DNA of 64,000 nucleotides from a virus. The DNA lies in IMG/VR virus record IMGVR_UViG_3300014202_000879, positions 117,889 through 181,888 of that record. One strand, written 5' to 3'. The first letter of the stretch is position 1; each line of letters opens with the position of its first letter. Shown piece after piece: positions 29,801-39,393 of this stretch. The notes under the pieces are model-generated. The model was not told where the DNA came from. It did not search any database and was given only the letters and a program-made list of their open reading frames with translations. The translations under genes and the position numbers were made by a program.

Positions 29801-31521
29801 TTGGCAAGATGATCGATCGAGTGGGACGGACTCGTCATCGCAATGTGTTTCTTGAAGAACGCCTGGATGTTGTTGGTTCGAGTAGCACCACCAATGAGTC
29901 TTTCTGACGTAAAGTCATAGACCATGGTTTTGTCTTCTCTGGCCGAGTCGCTGCTCATGGCCTCAAGGAAACCCTTGGCCAGCGACAGCCTCTCATTAGC
30001 ACCTGAGGCAGCTCCCATCGTCACAGTGACTTGGTTGTTAAACTGTGCTTCATACAGCATGGCTGCAAGGTAAGCAGGGATAACGTCGTTGATGGTGCGC
30101 CATGTTCTGTTGTCGAAAACAGCTGGCTGTTTGATGTCAGCCAAAGACGTAGAACCTGCCGTCTGGAATTCGGTATCCACAGCGTCTGGTCTGAAGTTAC
30201 CCAAGAGGGACTTGAAGAACTTGGCCATCGCCCCACCTGTGCCGCCACGATCCACCCAGGTGTTGAGCGTCTCGTTCTTCTCCAGCTCTCGGATGGCGTT
30301 GTTGGGGGAAATCGCAACGTTGATGGCTTTGAATATTTTGTTCAGCATCTTGGGAGACTTGTCGATCTCCTCTTTGGCCTGCTCTGCTGACAGATTGAGC
30401 AGCTGGCCCATCAGCCATTCGCCACCAAAGCTCGACAGCATACCCAAGACACCCTTGGGTCCGCCCGTCTCACCTATTTCCTCCATCTGCCTGTCGTTCT
30501 CCAGTTGGTCGGCCATCAGGTCGCCCAACATGTTACCTTGCTCCAGCGCTTCCTTCAGGCTGCTGGTGAAGCGACCTACCTTCAAGCCGATGTTTTTGAA
30601 ACCTGTGTTGATGACGTTGTTGACGCCATTGAACAAAGCTCCATTGAGGAAAGCATCAAAAGTCTTTGTCTTCAACCTGTCACTGAACCGTTCAGACATG
30701 TTGAGTTTCTCAAACTCTGGCAGGCCTGTGTTGCGAACGATCGCATCGCCTTGTATCTTCATGGCCTTGTCGTATTCCTGCATATGCTTGAACATATCGT
30801 TTTGCAAGAAGTACGAGCGGTAAGCCAGCTCCAGGTTCTTCTTCTGAAAAGCCTGGTTGATTGTCTCGGTGTAGGTGGCCAGTCGCGTAACAGCATTGGC
30901 CATACCCACGCTGACGGTCATGTTGTCTTCAAAACGCTTTTTATCGATGCCGTCTTTGATGTGCTGCTCGGCTTTGTCGTAATTGCGCTCTGCACCCTGT
31001 TGGATGCTCTGGGCTTGGAAGATACCACCGAGAGCTTGCTCGATGGCACTGTTCTCGGCTTCTTCTTTGCTGTAGGTGGTATCGTAGCGTTTTTCGCTGA
31101 AGAAGTTCACAGCGGCTGTAGATACCTTCTTGGCTATGCGTGCTTCGGCAGGCACCAGCTTGTCGATGGTCTTGGCCAGCTGGCCTACAACGGGCTTTAG
31201 CTCACGGGTGGTGTCCACATACAGTTTGCGGACGTTACCGGCTGTGGAGTCCAGTGCGTCTGTGATGTATCGGGCTTCACCAGGCAAAGCCTGCAGAACC
31301 TTTTGACGGATAATGTTGGGATTGGTGACGGTGGTTTTCATGCCACTGCCTGCACCCTTGAGCACATTCAGAATAGGACCACGGGCGCCCTTCTTCTCAA
31401 ATTGCTGTTTCGAGTAACCATCGCCGTCACCCATGTCGTCATCGACGATCATGGAGTCCAGATCAAATCCACTGGACCTTGTATCAATTCTTTCCGTCTT
31501 GCGTTTACCAAAAAGTCGCAT
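23869..31521 (-). CDS. tail tape-measure / lytic tail-tip protein (phiKZ gp181-like) with internal S74-like, M15 peptidase and lytic transglycosylase domains
   Basis: 2550 aa, divergent from the vRNAP beta' gene. SDIHKK...GPMAQDV...AIKEL (S74-like); HRT...SMHEMGLAVD...EPWH (M15/VanY-like); KES...GLTQ...HMLGAGG (SLT-like). Confidence 0.85.
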   Translation of the reverse strand: MRLFGKRKTERIDTRSSGFDLDSMIVDDDMGDGDGYSKQQFEKKGARGPILNVLKGAGSGMKTTVTNPNIIRQKVLQALPGEARYITDALDSTAGNVRKLYVDTTRELKPVVGQLAKTIDKLVPAEARIAKKVSTAAVNFFSEKRYDTTYSKEEAENSAIEQALGGIFQAQSIQQGAERNYDKAEQHIKDGIDKKRFEDNMTVSVGMANAVTRLATYTETINQAFQKKNLELAYRSYFLQNDMFKHMQEYDKAMKIQGDAIVRNTGLPEFEKLNMSERFSDRLKTKTFDAFLNGALFNGVNNVINTGFKNIGLKVGRFTSSLKEALEQGNMLGDLMADQLENDRQMEEIGETGGPKGVLGMLSSFGGEWLMGQLLNLSAEQAKEEIDKSPKMLNKIFKAINVAISPNNAIRELEKNETLNTWVDRGGTGGAMAKFFKSLLGNFRPDAVDTEFQTAGSTSLADIKQPAVFDNRTWRTINDVIPAYLAAMLYEAQFNNQVTVTMGAASGANERLSLAKGFLEAMSSDSAREDKTMVYDFTSERLIGGATRTNNIQAFFKKHIAMTSPSHSIDHLAKVIVGDGTWDAMNKEQKSEIRNTLLNTMVANSGNTSLQNILETNALDQEGLSAFASGALKPLFEEAIKEGNASKATPILTALKEAKRNFLFPLQHIQGAMDAYGTPSVARALGSAVDYDESLGTASLNIGEITKMRYEQVDAGTGPVMSNISTTDNKKLGLLKLFSTSVFKLLQKVAEKETKLPQVKKALLMTTGARGKANSLTEQMSHLAHDKIVFMTSWAEKTLPSIPTSLTWATFDAAFKEQLELAPSDIHKKNKITDIDFSALDAMRRTPVKSYHFKTAKTGIDASQNVTGPMAQDVNKTMGDDAAPGGTTLDLLNMNGIAMQAIKELDANVIAKQTAEDAWGVLMVHQQKRTNKLLSILAHQNRVVSTASAVELGEKGIEIEGSRYYKAVKNVLGSASDLAFMAGRDAVRGAVGTTRFVKNEILVPGADKLNKFYNWLKPQVSKAATWAGDKLSTGASKAFEIADDLVTNKLPKAANWVLGKVEAGKKRVVNWYNFSQDLYVKHKPDVPALKKEILRMGGYFIQETGEVITSIRDIAGTVVDKAGNVILYVSDYKDGFFDSKGKLIKEWVMNKWSRLREGLAVGFETGRDLLKGGWDLLAKAVSPDGLISRVLGGIGNFVGGTLGIGGSTGRIYNVLLDIRDILRRGRKVVELRSDIDESKDSERKSKYAGTLKSLQSYFVREEAEEEKKQEEQAAKSQTSVQDKVDTVIAKVDAATEGRFSEALGAVGNKLDTATGGMMGKLKSRKAGFLSSVKRRSNMLLDRISGRDIAAGGFSLRNASDLDIALRSVAGYVDYTGQAINPSTKTPYGGVVGDMLNYRSKKPTNNLGTYMPTHAGTIAKEAALKAGMSVPHSILGKMSFHIPEDAPGVNPLAQAWTSLTGAANSKDKAAQASVSPTIPVPGVTEAEKQKNLTFYWDKLTRFFRPSKNDKNKDGKRDGNADEVRANKEMIDDLISGKRSVGDVATAFKNKVSDSVGAMMSVLGHKAITTGIGATLGTLAGGPIGGALGGILGLLGLKGAKSLGQGAVALAKFATKRTTIAGLRGIAMASMLTGGPMGWLVGAGAGALSMAGAVLTSPATIPMALVAGAGAAVYYGNKYYKESKRKWHLFRFAQYGFSGFGNDLQYHDRLKSLEKLILEKHLAQDAKGLQVASNINASEVMALMGVDQSSTREINDFHAWFHRRFKPFFLNFYTAMKSFDLENEDRIDLMMPERILRFKDAVMFPNGPYSHKASPFPAKPSLPDNRQHAMDLLEYLISRSLTIAYSRNSRMDDMQKEMKNAREFNAKAQLSAPGVAPYRFSDQQVRTDMRQSAETIAAITSRLEAYRVKYGYEGEEQTDVESEPTDSFSADKSARLNAAPRSSIPKASGSLMSPEQGLQYVTVSHPDAINKLFPEFRNLVLGMAKEYYQLYGVKLKINQGHRTEAQQKIQYDKAKAEGNKGGAARPGYSMHEMGLAVDIDRGIVAKLEESGLMRKYGLTRPVAKEPWHIEPAGIYKYTPRGIRELIGSGNNMDLLTSLIRSGIGKGGGGIGSNYSYVGNKGERNPILAQKYMMAGNNYVPGINHIPAKDGGLGTMTGHTEARKHAKEIEMGIRSEGSVDGNPYARQPVAMPQTKLSLDKKAVVDTIKKFANDNQLSEDDEAFLIGLSNKESTLNPNTIGAGGAKPTGLTQMTPETAKWLMSVPKYRDMLAGYGVTANYNLLDPRTSLAFAMVYQRQIMDERHEELRGMVITPGLKAMLHMLGAGGSRVYLQAIKQGKYTTAIDKILPDSVIDTKHNKPLFYNKEQNRWKTLGELMRDVDQKVTVHGSLAYDTKLPQATKPLPVVPSIANSPVLNKAIAPPPVIQKPGLKVPTLSDILKEQEKKLQDDLSKSVVGDGFMPVSKQSLTAIEPPKIVSDIHDTLKSSLEVQRASLAQDEKLLSAMVAFIEHFDPEKAKSIAGQKPSKLATPRSRVAPPTSGPVIDLNRSSKRTMV

Positions 31522-31607
31522 GATGGTGCTCTTTCTTCAAAAAACTTTCACAATTGTTCGTTCTCTCCTCCGAAGCTGTATTCGGATAACCAAAGGATTC
31601 AAACAGC

Positions 31608-33242
31608 ATGTCAAAATTAGCCAATATCCCACCGTTCGAAATAGAACTTTTGTTCCTGAACAAGAACGATGTGGCCGGTGTTCCTCGTGTAGAGGTCATG
31701 GATATCTTTGATGGGGTCAGTAAAAACTTCCACTCCAAAGGTCTGTTCAGTGCAGAGAGTTTTGGCAAAGTGGGCGAAGTCAAACGGCTTCGGTTGTTTG
31801 GCCACATGGAGTTCAATACCGAGATCTTTCATCCTGTGATCTTCAAGATACTCTGCGATCTGAAATCGCTGTACTCGGACATCATGAACTCCAAGAGCTA
31901 CGCGATCTTTGATGACAAACTGGGTGACTTTGTGCTCAGTGACCCAGTGGCAGGCCAGACAGGTTATGCTTTCTTCATCAAGCATTTTGAACGGATCAAG
32001 TTCGATGGCCGCGACTCTGCCAAGCGCGAAGAGTTGATCAAGAACATGGAGCAAGCCAAGGGCCGTGTCTTTATCGATAAAATGTTGATCATGCCTGCCG
32101 GTATGCGCGACTATACCGTCGATGAAAACGGAAAACCCAGCGAGGACGACATCAACGGTCTGTACCGTCGGGTGCTTGGTCCAGCCAACGTGCTCGCTGG
32201 CATCAACAGAACCGCCAACGTGGAGCATCTGGATTCTATTCGAATGTCCATACAGTCGGCAGTGTACAACATCTACCTGTACCTGATGGAGATGGTTGAT
32301 GGCAAGAACAAATTCATGCTGGGCAAGTTTGCTGGCAGAAAGATCTATTTCTCCACTCGGAACGTGATCACGGCTTATGTGCCGCGCCACACGCTTCTGA
32401 AGAGTCAGCGAAGGATGTCCACCAACTCCACCGCAGTGGGGCTCTTTCAGTTCTTGGCAGCTATCCAACCTTTGGCTTCCAAGCTGGTCAAAGACGGTTA
32501 CATGTCCGATGTATTCACGGGACCAAACTCCCCTGCTTACGCCGTAGACCCTGTAACCCTCAAACGGGTACCTGTCCACGACATCGAGGACGACTATGAT
32601 CGGTGGATGACCACGCAAGGCTTTGAGTCTGTGCTCAAGAAGTACAGCAAAGAAGAACTTCGCCACAACCCCATCCTCATCAAAAACAAGTACTATGCTG
32701 GTCTGATCTACAAAGGACCTGAAGGTGGTGTGAAGGTATTTGGCGACATCGACGAGCTGCCAAAAGAGCTCGATCGCAGTTATGTCAAACCACTGACCTA
32801 CACAGAACTTCTGTACATGAGTGTGCAGAAGGAATCCACCAGTCTGCCTTGTACCTGTACACGCTACCCGGTAGCAAGTTATGGGTCGCTGTACGTCAGC
32901 AACATTTACCTGATCACCACCAACTTGTCCAAGAGCAAGAAGGTATTCGATGCCAACTGGGTGCTCACTGATGCGGTGCTGCCTGAGTTTCCTATCGTCG
33001 AATCTTCTTTCTTCAACTCGGTCTGTCCATCACCCACCCACATCCAGCGCCAAGGTGCCGACTACGACGGCGACACCGTCAACTTCATCGTTCTGTACAC
33101 CGATGAGGCCAGAGAAGAAATCAAGTCTCTTTTGAATTCATCCAACTACTACGTGGCTCCTGATGGCCGTATGGCATTTTCTGCTTTTGACGACATCAGT
33201 AAACTCGTTGTTCAAAACATGTTTCGCAAACCCATCCGCTGA
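31608..33242 (+). CDS. virion RNA polymerase beta' subunit, N-terminal part (phiKZ gp180-like)
   Basis: FHSKGLFS, RYPV and the catalytic GADYDGD motif. Confidence 0.9.
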   Translation: MSKLANIPPFEIELLFLNKNDVAGVPRVEVMDIFDGVSKNFHSKGLFSAESFGKVGEVKRLRLFGHMEFNTEIFHPVIFKILCDLKSLYSDIMNSKSYAIFDDKLGDFVLSDPVAGQTGYAFFIKHFERIKFDGRDSAKREELIKNMEQAKGRVFIDKMLIMPAGMRDYTVDENGKPSEDDINGLYRRVLGPANVLAGINRTANVEHLDSIRMSIQSAVYNIYLYLMEMVDGKNKFMLGKFAGRKIYFSTRNVITAYVPRHTLLKSQRRMSTNSTAVGLFQFLAAIQPLASKLVKDGYMSDVFTGPNSPAYAVDPVTLKRVPVHDIEDDYDRWMTTQGFESVLKKYSKEELRHNPILIKNKYYAGLIYKGPEGGVKVFGDIDELPKELDRSYVKPLTYTELLYMSVQKESTSLPCTCTRYPVASYGSLYVSNIYLITTNLSKSKKVFDANWVLTDAVLPEFPIVESSFFNSVCPSPTHIQRQGADYDGDTVNFIVLYTDEAREEIKSLLNSSNYYVAPDGRMAFSAFDDISKLVVQNMFRKPIR

Positions 33243-33253
33243 TTGACTCCGCC

Positions 33254-36200
33254 ATGAACCTCTTAAACTTTGCACAGTTTTACAAAAATACGGGTGTTTT
33301 CCGTATCCATGACTTGGCGTCGCCTGAGATGCTGGATATGGCGTCTTTGCCCAAAGACGCTGTGTTGCTCCATATGCCCAAGGTCATGATGGATAACGAC
33401 AACATCGAAGTCGATGTCGATCCATCTGCCATCTACCTTCAGCACTACGACAAAAAGATTCCTATTTCTTTTTGTGAAGAATACATCGGTCCTGTGGGTG
33501 GCTACATCGAGAAAACAGTCAACATCGAACTGCAGGCCAAGCAGTGGCTGAAAGGCCACAAGGAACAGTTTCGATTCCAAGCTGCTGGAACGATCGACTT
33601 CTCGTTCAACACCCCCAACATCATCAACTACGGCTACCTTGTATACAAGTACCAATACCCAACAGGTGTGGTGATAGCCATGAGGAACAAGTTCCTCAAC
33701 CAGTACAAAACCATGGTAGCCGACATCAACCGCATCGGCACCACCAGCAGCAAGAGTTGTTTCTTTTTCTGCGAACTGGGTCGCGATATCCCTTCGTTCT
33801 CTACGATGGAGAACATGAGCAATCAGAACAGTGCTTCTAAATGGAAGCTGCTGAATGAAGACTACGAGAACGTCATCTATGAGCTGTGGTTGTGGGTCGA
33901 TCCTGCTACACGGACCAAGAGTGTTTTTGCTGGTGTTTCTCCCAAGGCGCTCAAAGGCCTGAACATCATCTTTGTCAATGAGCAAAACAAAACCTGTACC
34001 ATCAACCTGGGCTACATCGATGCTTGGATCAAGGGTCGGCCCAACGAACTCAATGGCCGCAGCGAAACTCAGTATTCGGTTGACCACATCAAGAAACTGT
34101 TCCTGAAGTTCTTGCTAACCATGGTGAGTTTCTTTGAAGAGCCTAAATCCATCTCTGAAGAGGTGGGTGAGCTGGGCGACGACCTCAAGAAAGCTGGCGA
34201 GGAGCTCACGAATACCGAGTCGGGTGATTATGACGCTATGTCGGCAGCCACGAAAGAGCAGAAAATCTCTGCCAAGATTGCCGATACCGTTGACCGAATC
34301 AACACGGTGGCCAAAGCCAAGGACGAATCAGGAGTCACTTCCGTGTCCATCGACACCATCGTGGCTGAAATCGACAAAGACATCGATGTGCTCGACAAAA
34401 CCTCCAAGCTGACTGCCAAACGAAAAGGTGTGATTCTGGACCAGAAGGGCAACATCGTCGAAGTCAGCGAACCTGCTATTCAAGAGATCGACTACAACGA
34501 GGTGGTGCGCAATCACTTTACATCGGTTCCCGATGAAGCTGTGTTGGTTAAGAAAATCGATGAGCTCGCAGAAAGCAAGTTTTACTCTGCGGCCGACTAC
34601 AGGAAAGCCATGGCTGGTGCAAACGCCATCACCACCATGGTTTCGCCTTATGACAGAAAAGCGAAATACCTGGATTCCAAGGTTATCAAACCTGAAGACC
34701 TGTTGGTCGATAAAGAACGCTCTCAGATGAATGTGAGCCATCTGGTGGTCGACAAAGACATGGCCCAGAGCAGTCTGAACAGTTTCACACCCGACTACGT
34801 TCGCAAGAACATGAAGAAAGACATGATGAACGTCGTGGCTTCTTTTCAGAGAGCTGGTTTTACTCTGGTTAGCCACGAAGTAGAGAAAACCGTTACAGCG
34901 TTCAGCGCTTACGAGGTTCACGACATCACGTTCAAACCTCTGAACGGTGTGAGTTCGTCGGTGAGAGCACAGATACCTATCGTAAACGAACAGGGTGAGT
35001 TCATGAGCACAGGCAACAAATACAGCCTGCGCCCACAGGGTGTGGACAAACCCATTCGCAAGATTGGTCCATCTTCTGTGGCACTGACCAGCTACTACGG
35101 AAAAACCTTTGTGAAGCTGTCCGAGCGCAAAGCTGACTCGTCTGTGGACTGGCTGGTACGCAGGTTCTACGAACTCAAAGAGCTCACCGAAGCCCCTCGT
35201 ATCGTGGAACACTTGGCCCCTGCCAAAGTCTTTGACAACTACAACAAAGCACCTTTCATCTACAACGCACTGGCTGACCGTATTCGGCTGGTGGAAATCA
35301 AAGGCCATGTGTTTACATTCAACTGTGCAATGCGTGAAGAAGAGTATGGTCCCAAAGCCATGCTGGATGCGCTGTACGAAAAACATGGTCTCTATGTCTG
35401 TGGTATGTCGGTCAAGGGCGAGATGCTCGCTCTGGATAACGAAGGTATTATTCATGAACTTATTGACGCGAAGAAAAACGCATGGCAGAAGATCGGTACG
35501 TTCTACACCTTGACTGATTGCTCTGAGAACGACGGTCCGCTGAACTTCTCCACGCTGGCTGTGTTTGGTAAGGCTGTGCCCACTGGTGTGGTGCTGTCGT
35601 ACTACATGGGTATCAGTGCACTGCTGGTGTACCTGAAGGAAAAATACAAGCTGAAGTGGCGCGTTGTGGAAGGCAGACGCAACCGCGATGTACAGGACAA
35701 TGAGTTTGCCGTGATCTTTGCTGATCAAAGCCTGATCTTTGAGAAAACCAACAGGATTTGCACCATGCTGTTGGCTGGGTTTAACCACTACTCCAAAGAG
35801 GTCAAGGGTCACGAACTGGCTGCATTCAACCACCAAGACGTGTACTTCAACTTGCTGAGAAGCAAAAAACTCGGTGTCATCTACATGCGGGAATTGGACA
35901 ACATGCTGGACATGTTTGTTGACCCTATCACACGCAGTACGTTGCAGGACATGGGTGAGCCCGATGTGTTTGAGCCTTTGCTCATTCGGGCCACCGAGTT
36001 GCTCACAACGTACGACCATCCCGATTCTCAAGATACCAACTACCAGATGTTTCGTGGTTATGAGCGGTTTGCTGGTGCTCTGTACAAGCAACTTTCTCTG
36101 AGTGCCAAAGCCTACCGAAACAAGAACACAGCCAGTGGCCGTGCTCGTCTGGATATGAAACCTTTTGCGGTGTGGCAGACCGTGATGCAGGACTCCGCTA

Positions 36201-37621
36201 TCAAGATGTGTGAAGACATCAACCCTGTACAGACCCTCAAGGAGAGGGAGATCTTTACCTATGTGGGTGAAGGTGGTCGCTCCAAAGAAGCCATACCCAA
36301 GGCAGAACGTGCTTACCACATCAACAGTGTGGGTACGGTTGGTGAAGGTGGTATCGACAGTGGTGACGTGGGCACCAGTGCTTACTTGAGTGCCAATCCC
36401 AACCTGGTCTCTCAGCGTGGTCTGATCAGCACCAATCCTTCGCTCAACCCGACGACCATGTTGTCGACATCGTCACTGTTGGGCGCTGGTCTGATGCGAG
36501 ATGACAGCAAACGCGTGGTGTTTGCAGGGGTCCAGAACTCACACACTGTGGCGGCTAAAGGCTATCATCCTCCTATCGTTGGTACCGGGTACGAATACGT
36601 CATGGCCCACCGCATGACAGATATGTTTGCAGCCACTGCTATCGACGAGGGCGTGGTCAAATCCATCACAGCCAAAGGCATCGTCGTGGAATACAAAAAC
36701 GGTGATCTGCGTGGTGTTACGCTGGGTAGGCAGTTCGGTAGAGCCGAAGGTTCTGTTTATCCGCACGATATCGTGGTCATGCAGGGTCTTAAGGAAGGAA
36801 CACGGTTCAAGAAAGGCCAGGTGCTGGCTTACAACAATGGCTTCTTTGAAGTCAGTATGTACGACCCTACCACCGTGGTGCTGAAATCATCCATGAACGT
36901 GTTGACCATGTTCAACGAATCGGCTGATGTGCACGAAGACTCCTTTGCTATCTCCAAATCGGTGGCAGACAAGTTCGAAGCCAGGACAACGCATGTGCGC
37001 TCGGTGACACTGGACTTTGTGCAAGAAGTTTTCGATGTGGTCAAGGTAGGTCAGACTGTAGGACCAGAAGACCCACTGCTGGTTATTCAAGACGAAGTTA
37101 CATCCATGGGTACATTCAGTGAAGCTTCTTTGAACACACTGAGAAAGCGGTCATCGCAAGCACCCAAAGCACAGTACAGAGGAACCATCGATAAAATCGA
37201 AGTGTTCTACAACGGTGACGTCGAGGACATGAGTGGCTCTATCCGTGAACTGGCCGATAAGTCTGACAAAGACCTGGCCTCAACATGCAAAGCCAGTGCA
37301 AAGCCAGTGGTTACTGGCGAAGACAACGATGGCTACCGCGTAGCCGGTGTTCCTTTGTCGCTGGATCGTGTGGAGCTGAGATTCTATATCACAGTGGCCA
37401 ACATTGCTGGTGTGGGTGACAAAGGCGTCATCGGACACCAGATGAAAGGCACCTGTGGTCGTGTGATGACCGGCAGAATGTATACCAAAGATGGTCGTGA
37501 TATCGATGTATCTTTTAGTTTTAGGTCCATCATGAAACGTGTTGTGATGTCTACCTTCGACTTGGGCACCACAGCTTCTTTGCTGATTCACATCGGCAAA
37601 CAGGCTTACTTGATGAAATAA
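33254..37621 (+). CDS. virion RNA polymerase beta subunit (phiKZ gp178-like)
   Basis: GEGGRS, DDSKRVVFAGVQNSH, HEDSFAIS, GDKGVIGHQMKGT RpoB-like motifs. Confidence 0.9.
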   Translation: MNLLNFAQFYKNTGVFRIHDLASPEMLDMASLPKDAVLLHMPKVMMDNDNIEVDVDPSAIYLQHYDKKIPISFCEEYIGPVGGYIEKTVNIELQAKQWLKGHKEQFRFQAAGTIDFSFNTPNIINYGYLVYKYQYPTGVVIAMRNKFLNQYKTMVADINRIGTTSSKSCFFFCELGRDIPSFSTMENMSNQNSASKWKLLNEDYENVIYELWLWVDPATRTKSVFAGVSPKALKGLNIIFVNEQNKTCTINLGYIDAWIKGRPNELNGRSETQYSVDHIKKLFLKFLLTMVSFFEEPKSISEEVGELGDDLKKAGEELTNTESGDYDAMSAATKEQKISAKIADTVDRINTVAKAKDESGVTSVSIDTIVAEIDKDIDVLDKTSKLTAKRKGVILDQKGNIVEVSEPAIQEIDYNEVVRNHFTSVPDEAVLVKKIDELAESKFYSAADYRKAMAGANAITTMVSPYDRKAKYLDSKVIKPEDLLVDKERSQMNVSHLVVDKDMAQSSLNSFTPDYVRKNMKKDMMNVVASFQRAGFTLVSHEVEKTVTAFSAYEVHDITFKPLNGVSSSVRAQIPIVNEQGEFMSTGNKYSLRPQGVDKPIRKIGPSSVALTSYYGKTFVKLSERKADSSVDWLVRRFYELKELTEAPRIVEHLAPAKVFDNYNKAPFIYNALADRIRLVEIKGHVFTFNCAMREEEYGPKAMLDALYEKHGLYVCGMSVKGEMLALDNEGIIHELIDAKKNAWQKIGTFYTLTDCSENDGPLNFSTLAVFGKAVPTGVVLSYYMGISALLVYLKEKYKLKWRVVEGRRNRDVQDNEFAVIFADQSLIFEKTNRICTMLLAGFNHYSKEVKGHELAAFNHQDVYFNLLRSKKLGVIYMRELDNMLDMFVDPITRSTLQDMGEPDVFEPLLIRATELLTTYDHPDSQDTNYQMFRGYERFAGALYKQLSLSAKAYRNKNTASGRARLDMKPFAVWQTVMQDSAIKMCEDINPVQTLKEREIFTYVGEGGRSKEAIPKAERAYHINSVGTVGEGGIDSGDVGTSAYLSANPNLVSQRGLISTNPSLNPTTMLSTSSLLGAGLMRDDSKRVVFAGVQNSHTVAAKGYHPPIVGTGYEYVMAHRMTDMFAATAIDEGVVKSITAKGIVVEYKNGDLRGVTLGRQFGRAEGSVYPHDIVVMQGLKEGTRFKKGQVLAYNNGFFEVSMYDPTTVVLKSSMNVLTMFNESADVHEDSFAISKSVADKFEARTTHVRSVTLDFVQEVFDVVKVGQTVGPEDPLLVIQDEVTSMGTFSEASLNTLRKRSSQAPKAQYRGTIDKIEVFYNGDVEDMSGSIRELADKSDKDLASTCKASAKPVVTGEDNDGYRVAGVPLSLDRVELRFYITVANIAGVGDKGVIGHQMKGTCGRVMTGRMYTKDGRDIDVSFSFRSIMKRVVMSTFDLGTTASLLIHIGKQAYLMK

Positions 37622-37628
37622 TCTACAC

Positions 37629-37654
37629 GAGGTATGGTATAAAACCCATACCTC
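37629..37654. terminator. intergenic hairpin
   Basis: GAGGTATGG-TATAAAAC-CCATACCTC. Confidence 0.4.
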
Positions 37655-37691
37655 TTCCTCCTTATCCACCACCCTCACCATAGGAAAATCA

Positions 37692-37892
37692 ATGAAAACA
37701 CCACACGAAGCTCAGCTGCTGAGCACGTTGACTGTCGCCAACGCGGCCTTGCTCGTGAGCACCACCATTCAGCTGATGAGCTCCCCACATTTGTCCAAAT
37801 CTCTGAACGGGGCACCCATGACCGGCGAGATCATCCAGGGCATCGCGTGCGATCACATCGTGAAATCCCTGGAACAACCAGCCAAAAACTAA
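37692..37892 (+). CDS. small hypothetical protein
   Basis: 66 aa with AGGAA RBS; fills the gap before 37903. Confidence 0.55.
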   Translation: MKTPHEAQLLSTLTVANAALLVSTTIQLMSSPHLSKSLNGAPMTGEIIQGIACDHIVKSLEQPAKN

Positions 37893-37902
37893 GAGGTACA
37901 AA

Positions 37903-39342
37903 ATGCTGCCCAACTCTACCATCACCATTGCCAAGAACGCTCTTCTGGGGTTTCTCTCCGATGGCAAATGCATCTCCCCTGCGGGCGATGCGCTCCTGAA
38001 CCTGAACAACAAATCACTGCCCCCGTCGCAGATCATCATCCAGAACGACGATCAGCTGGCCAACAGTTTGAACATGCTGGAGCAAATCAGCAACAACGAC
38101 CAGCACCATGCTTGTCTTTATGACACAGCAGAGGAGCTCAAGAAGATCCTGGAAGCCAACTTGGCTTTTGTGCACGGTGTGGTCAAGCCCAAGGTTAGCG
38201 ATTTTGTCTTGGCTTACTCCAACTTCTTGGTGGGTGTGCGTGAACCAGAACCTGCTGCATCCATCTCCATCATCCAGCGCATCATGCCGGATCTGGCTCA
38301 CAACACGTTTGTGACCAACTCCTTTGATACCACGCCCAACTACGAAAACGCACCGCCCGGCATGGGTAAGAACTTCATACTCAACGGCATCGCTGATCAA
38401 GACCAGCTGATCGATTTCCTGAAATTCGAACAGCCTGCTTTGGACCGCGACATCGCCGCATGGGTGCTCTCCTCGACGGCTGTTATGCCGATGTTCCAGT
38501 GTTTCTTTGGTTCGGGTGGCACTTACAAGAACGTGGAAAATCTGCGCGAAGCAGGTGTGTACACAGGTATCGATGCCGTCGATGCCGGTTTGCTGATTGG
38601 TCTTGTGGCCAGCAAAATGAAAGCTTCGGTTCGTGATGACCAGAGCCATCTCAGTTTGCTGAAATACGAACAAGCCTGTGACGAACACATGGACTTCGCC
38701 AGCATGCTGCTCAAGCGCGGTCTGGACCAACAGCCCATCTTGCAGAAAACTGGCAAGGTGATCGATTACGTCGACACGGTGGCCAAAGTCATCCATGTGA
38801 ACGCTGAGATCTACAGCGACTGGCTGACCAACCAGAACGGCAAACCAGAGATCTTGCTGGGTGCGTTCATCAGCGGCGAGCGTTCGCTGAGTACTTCACA
38901 GCTGAATGAGAGAAGCATCCAGCTTCTGAAGACCTGGGATTCTTACTGCGTCATGTCGCGTATGCAGTTCGAAGCTCGTTTGTCGACTGCAGTACGACGC
39001 TGGATCGCCAGCTACATGTTTGACCAAATCGAACAGTTCTCCAAGTCCAACGAAACCGATGCGTTTTACCGACAGGACGCTTACCGGGTAGACGCCAAGA
39101 GCGTTGTGGAAGCCAAGGTCAACGAACTCGATGACAAGATCCTCACCGATGTGTGGGATGTTGCTTTGATCGTGGTGGCTGGCGGCATGTTCTACAACTC
39201 GTGTGCATACGAGTTTCTGATGGACCTCCACCGCATCGGTGAGAAGAACCCCAGTATCGATGCCCATGACGCGGTCAGCATCGCATCGATCCGTTACTTG
39301 AGTGACTATGTCAGCACGATGATGAAACTCATCAAGCTGTGA
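37903..39342 (+). CDS. virion structural protein (phiKZ gp177-like by synteny)
   Basis: 479-aa ORF with GAGG RBS, between vRNAP beta and the protease cluster. Confidence 0.65.
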   Translation: MLPNSTITIAKNALLGFLSDGKCISPAGDALLNLNNKSLPPSQIIIQNDDQLANSLNMLEQISNNDQHHACLYDTAEELKKILEANLAFVHGVVKPKVSDFVLAYSNFLVGVREPEPAASISIIQRIMPDLAHNTFVTNSFDTTPNYENAPPGMGKNFILNGIADQDQLIDFLKFEQPALDRDIAAWVLSSTAVMPMFQCFFGSGGTYKNVENLREAGVYTGIDAVDAGLLIGLVASKMKASVRDDQSHLSLLKYEQACDEHMDFASMLLKRGLDQQPILQKTGKVIDYVDTVAKVIHVNAEIYSDWLTNQNGKPEILLGAFISGERSLSTSQLNERSIQLLKTWDSYCVMSRMQFEARLSTAVRRWIASYMFDQIEQFSKSNETDAFYRQDAYRVDAKSVVEAKVNELDDKILTDVWDVALIVVAGGMFYNSCAYEFLMDLHRIGEKNPSIDAHDAVSIASIRYLSDYVSTMMKLIKL

Positions 39343-39348
39343 TCATAG

Positions 39349-39376
39349 ACCAGTCACAGACGCGTCTGTGACTGGT
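39349..39376. repeat. perfect 28-bp palindrome
   Basis: ACCAGTCACAGACG|CGTCTGTGACTGGT with no spacer. Confidence 0.85.
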
Positions 39377-39393
39377 AATCACAAGGAAACGCC

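Noticed and set aside
33050-33075. DYDGD instead of NADFDGD in beta', and RNAP split into separate genes
   Set aside because: Established features of phiKZ-like virion RNAPs, not novel.
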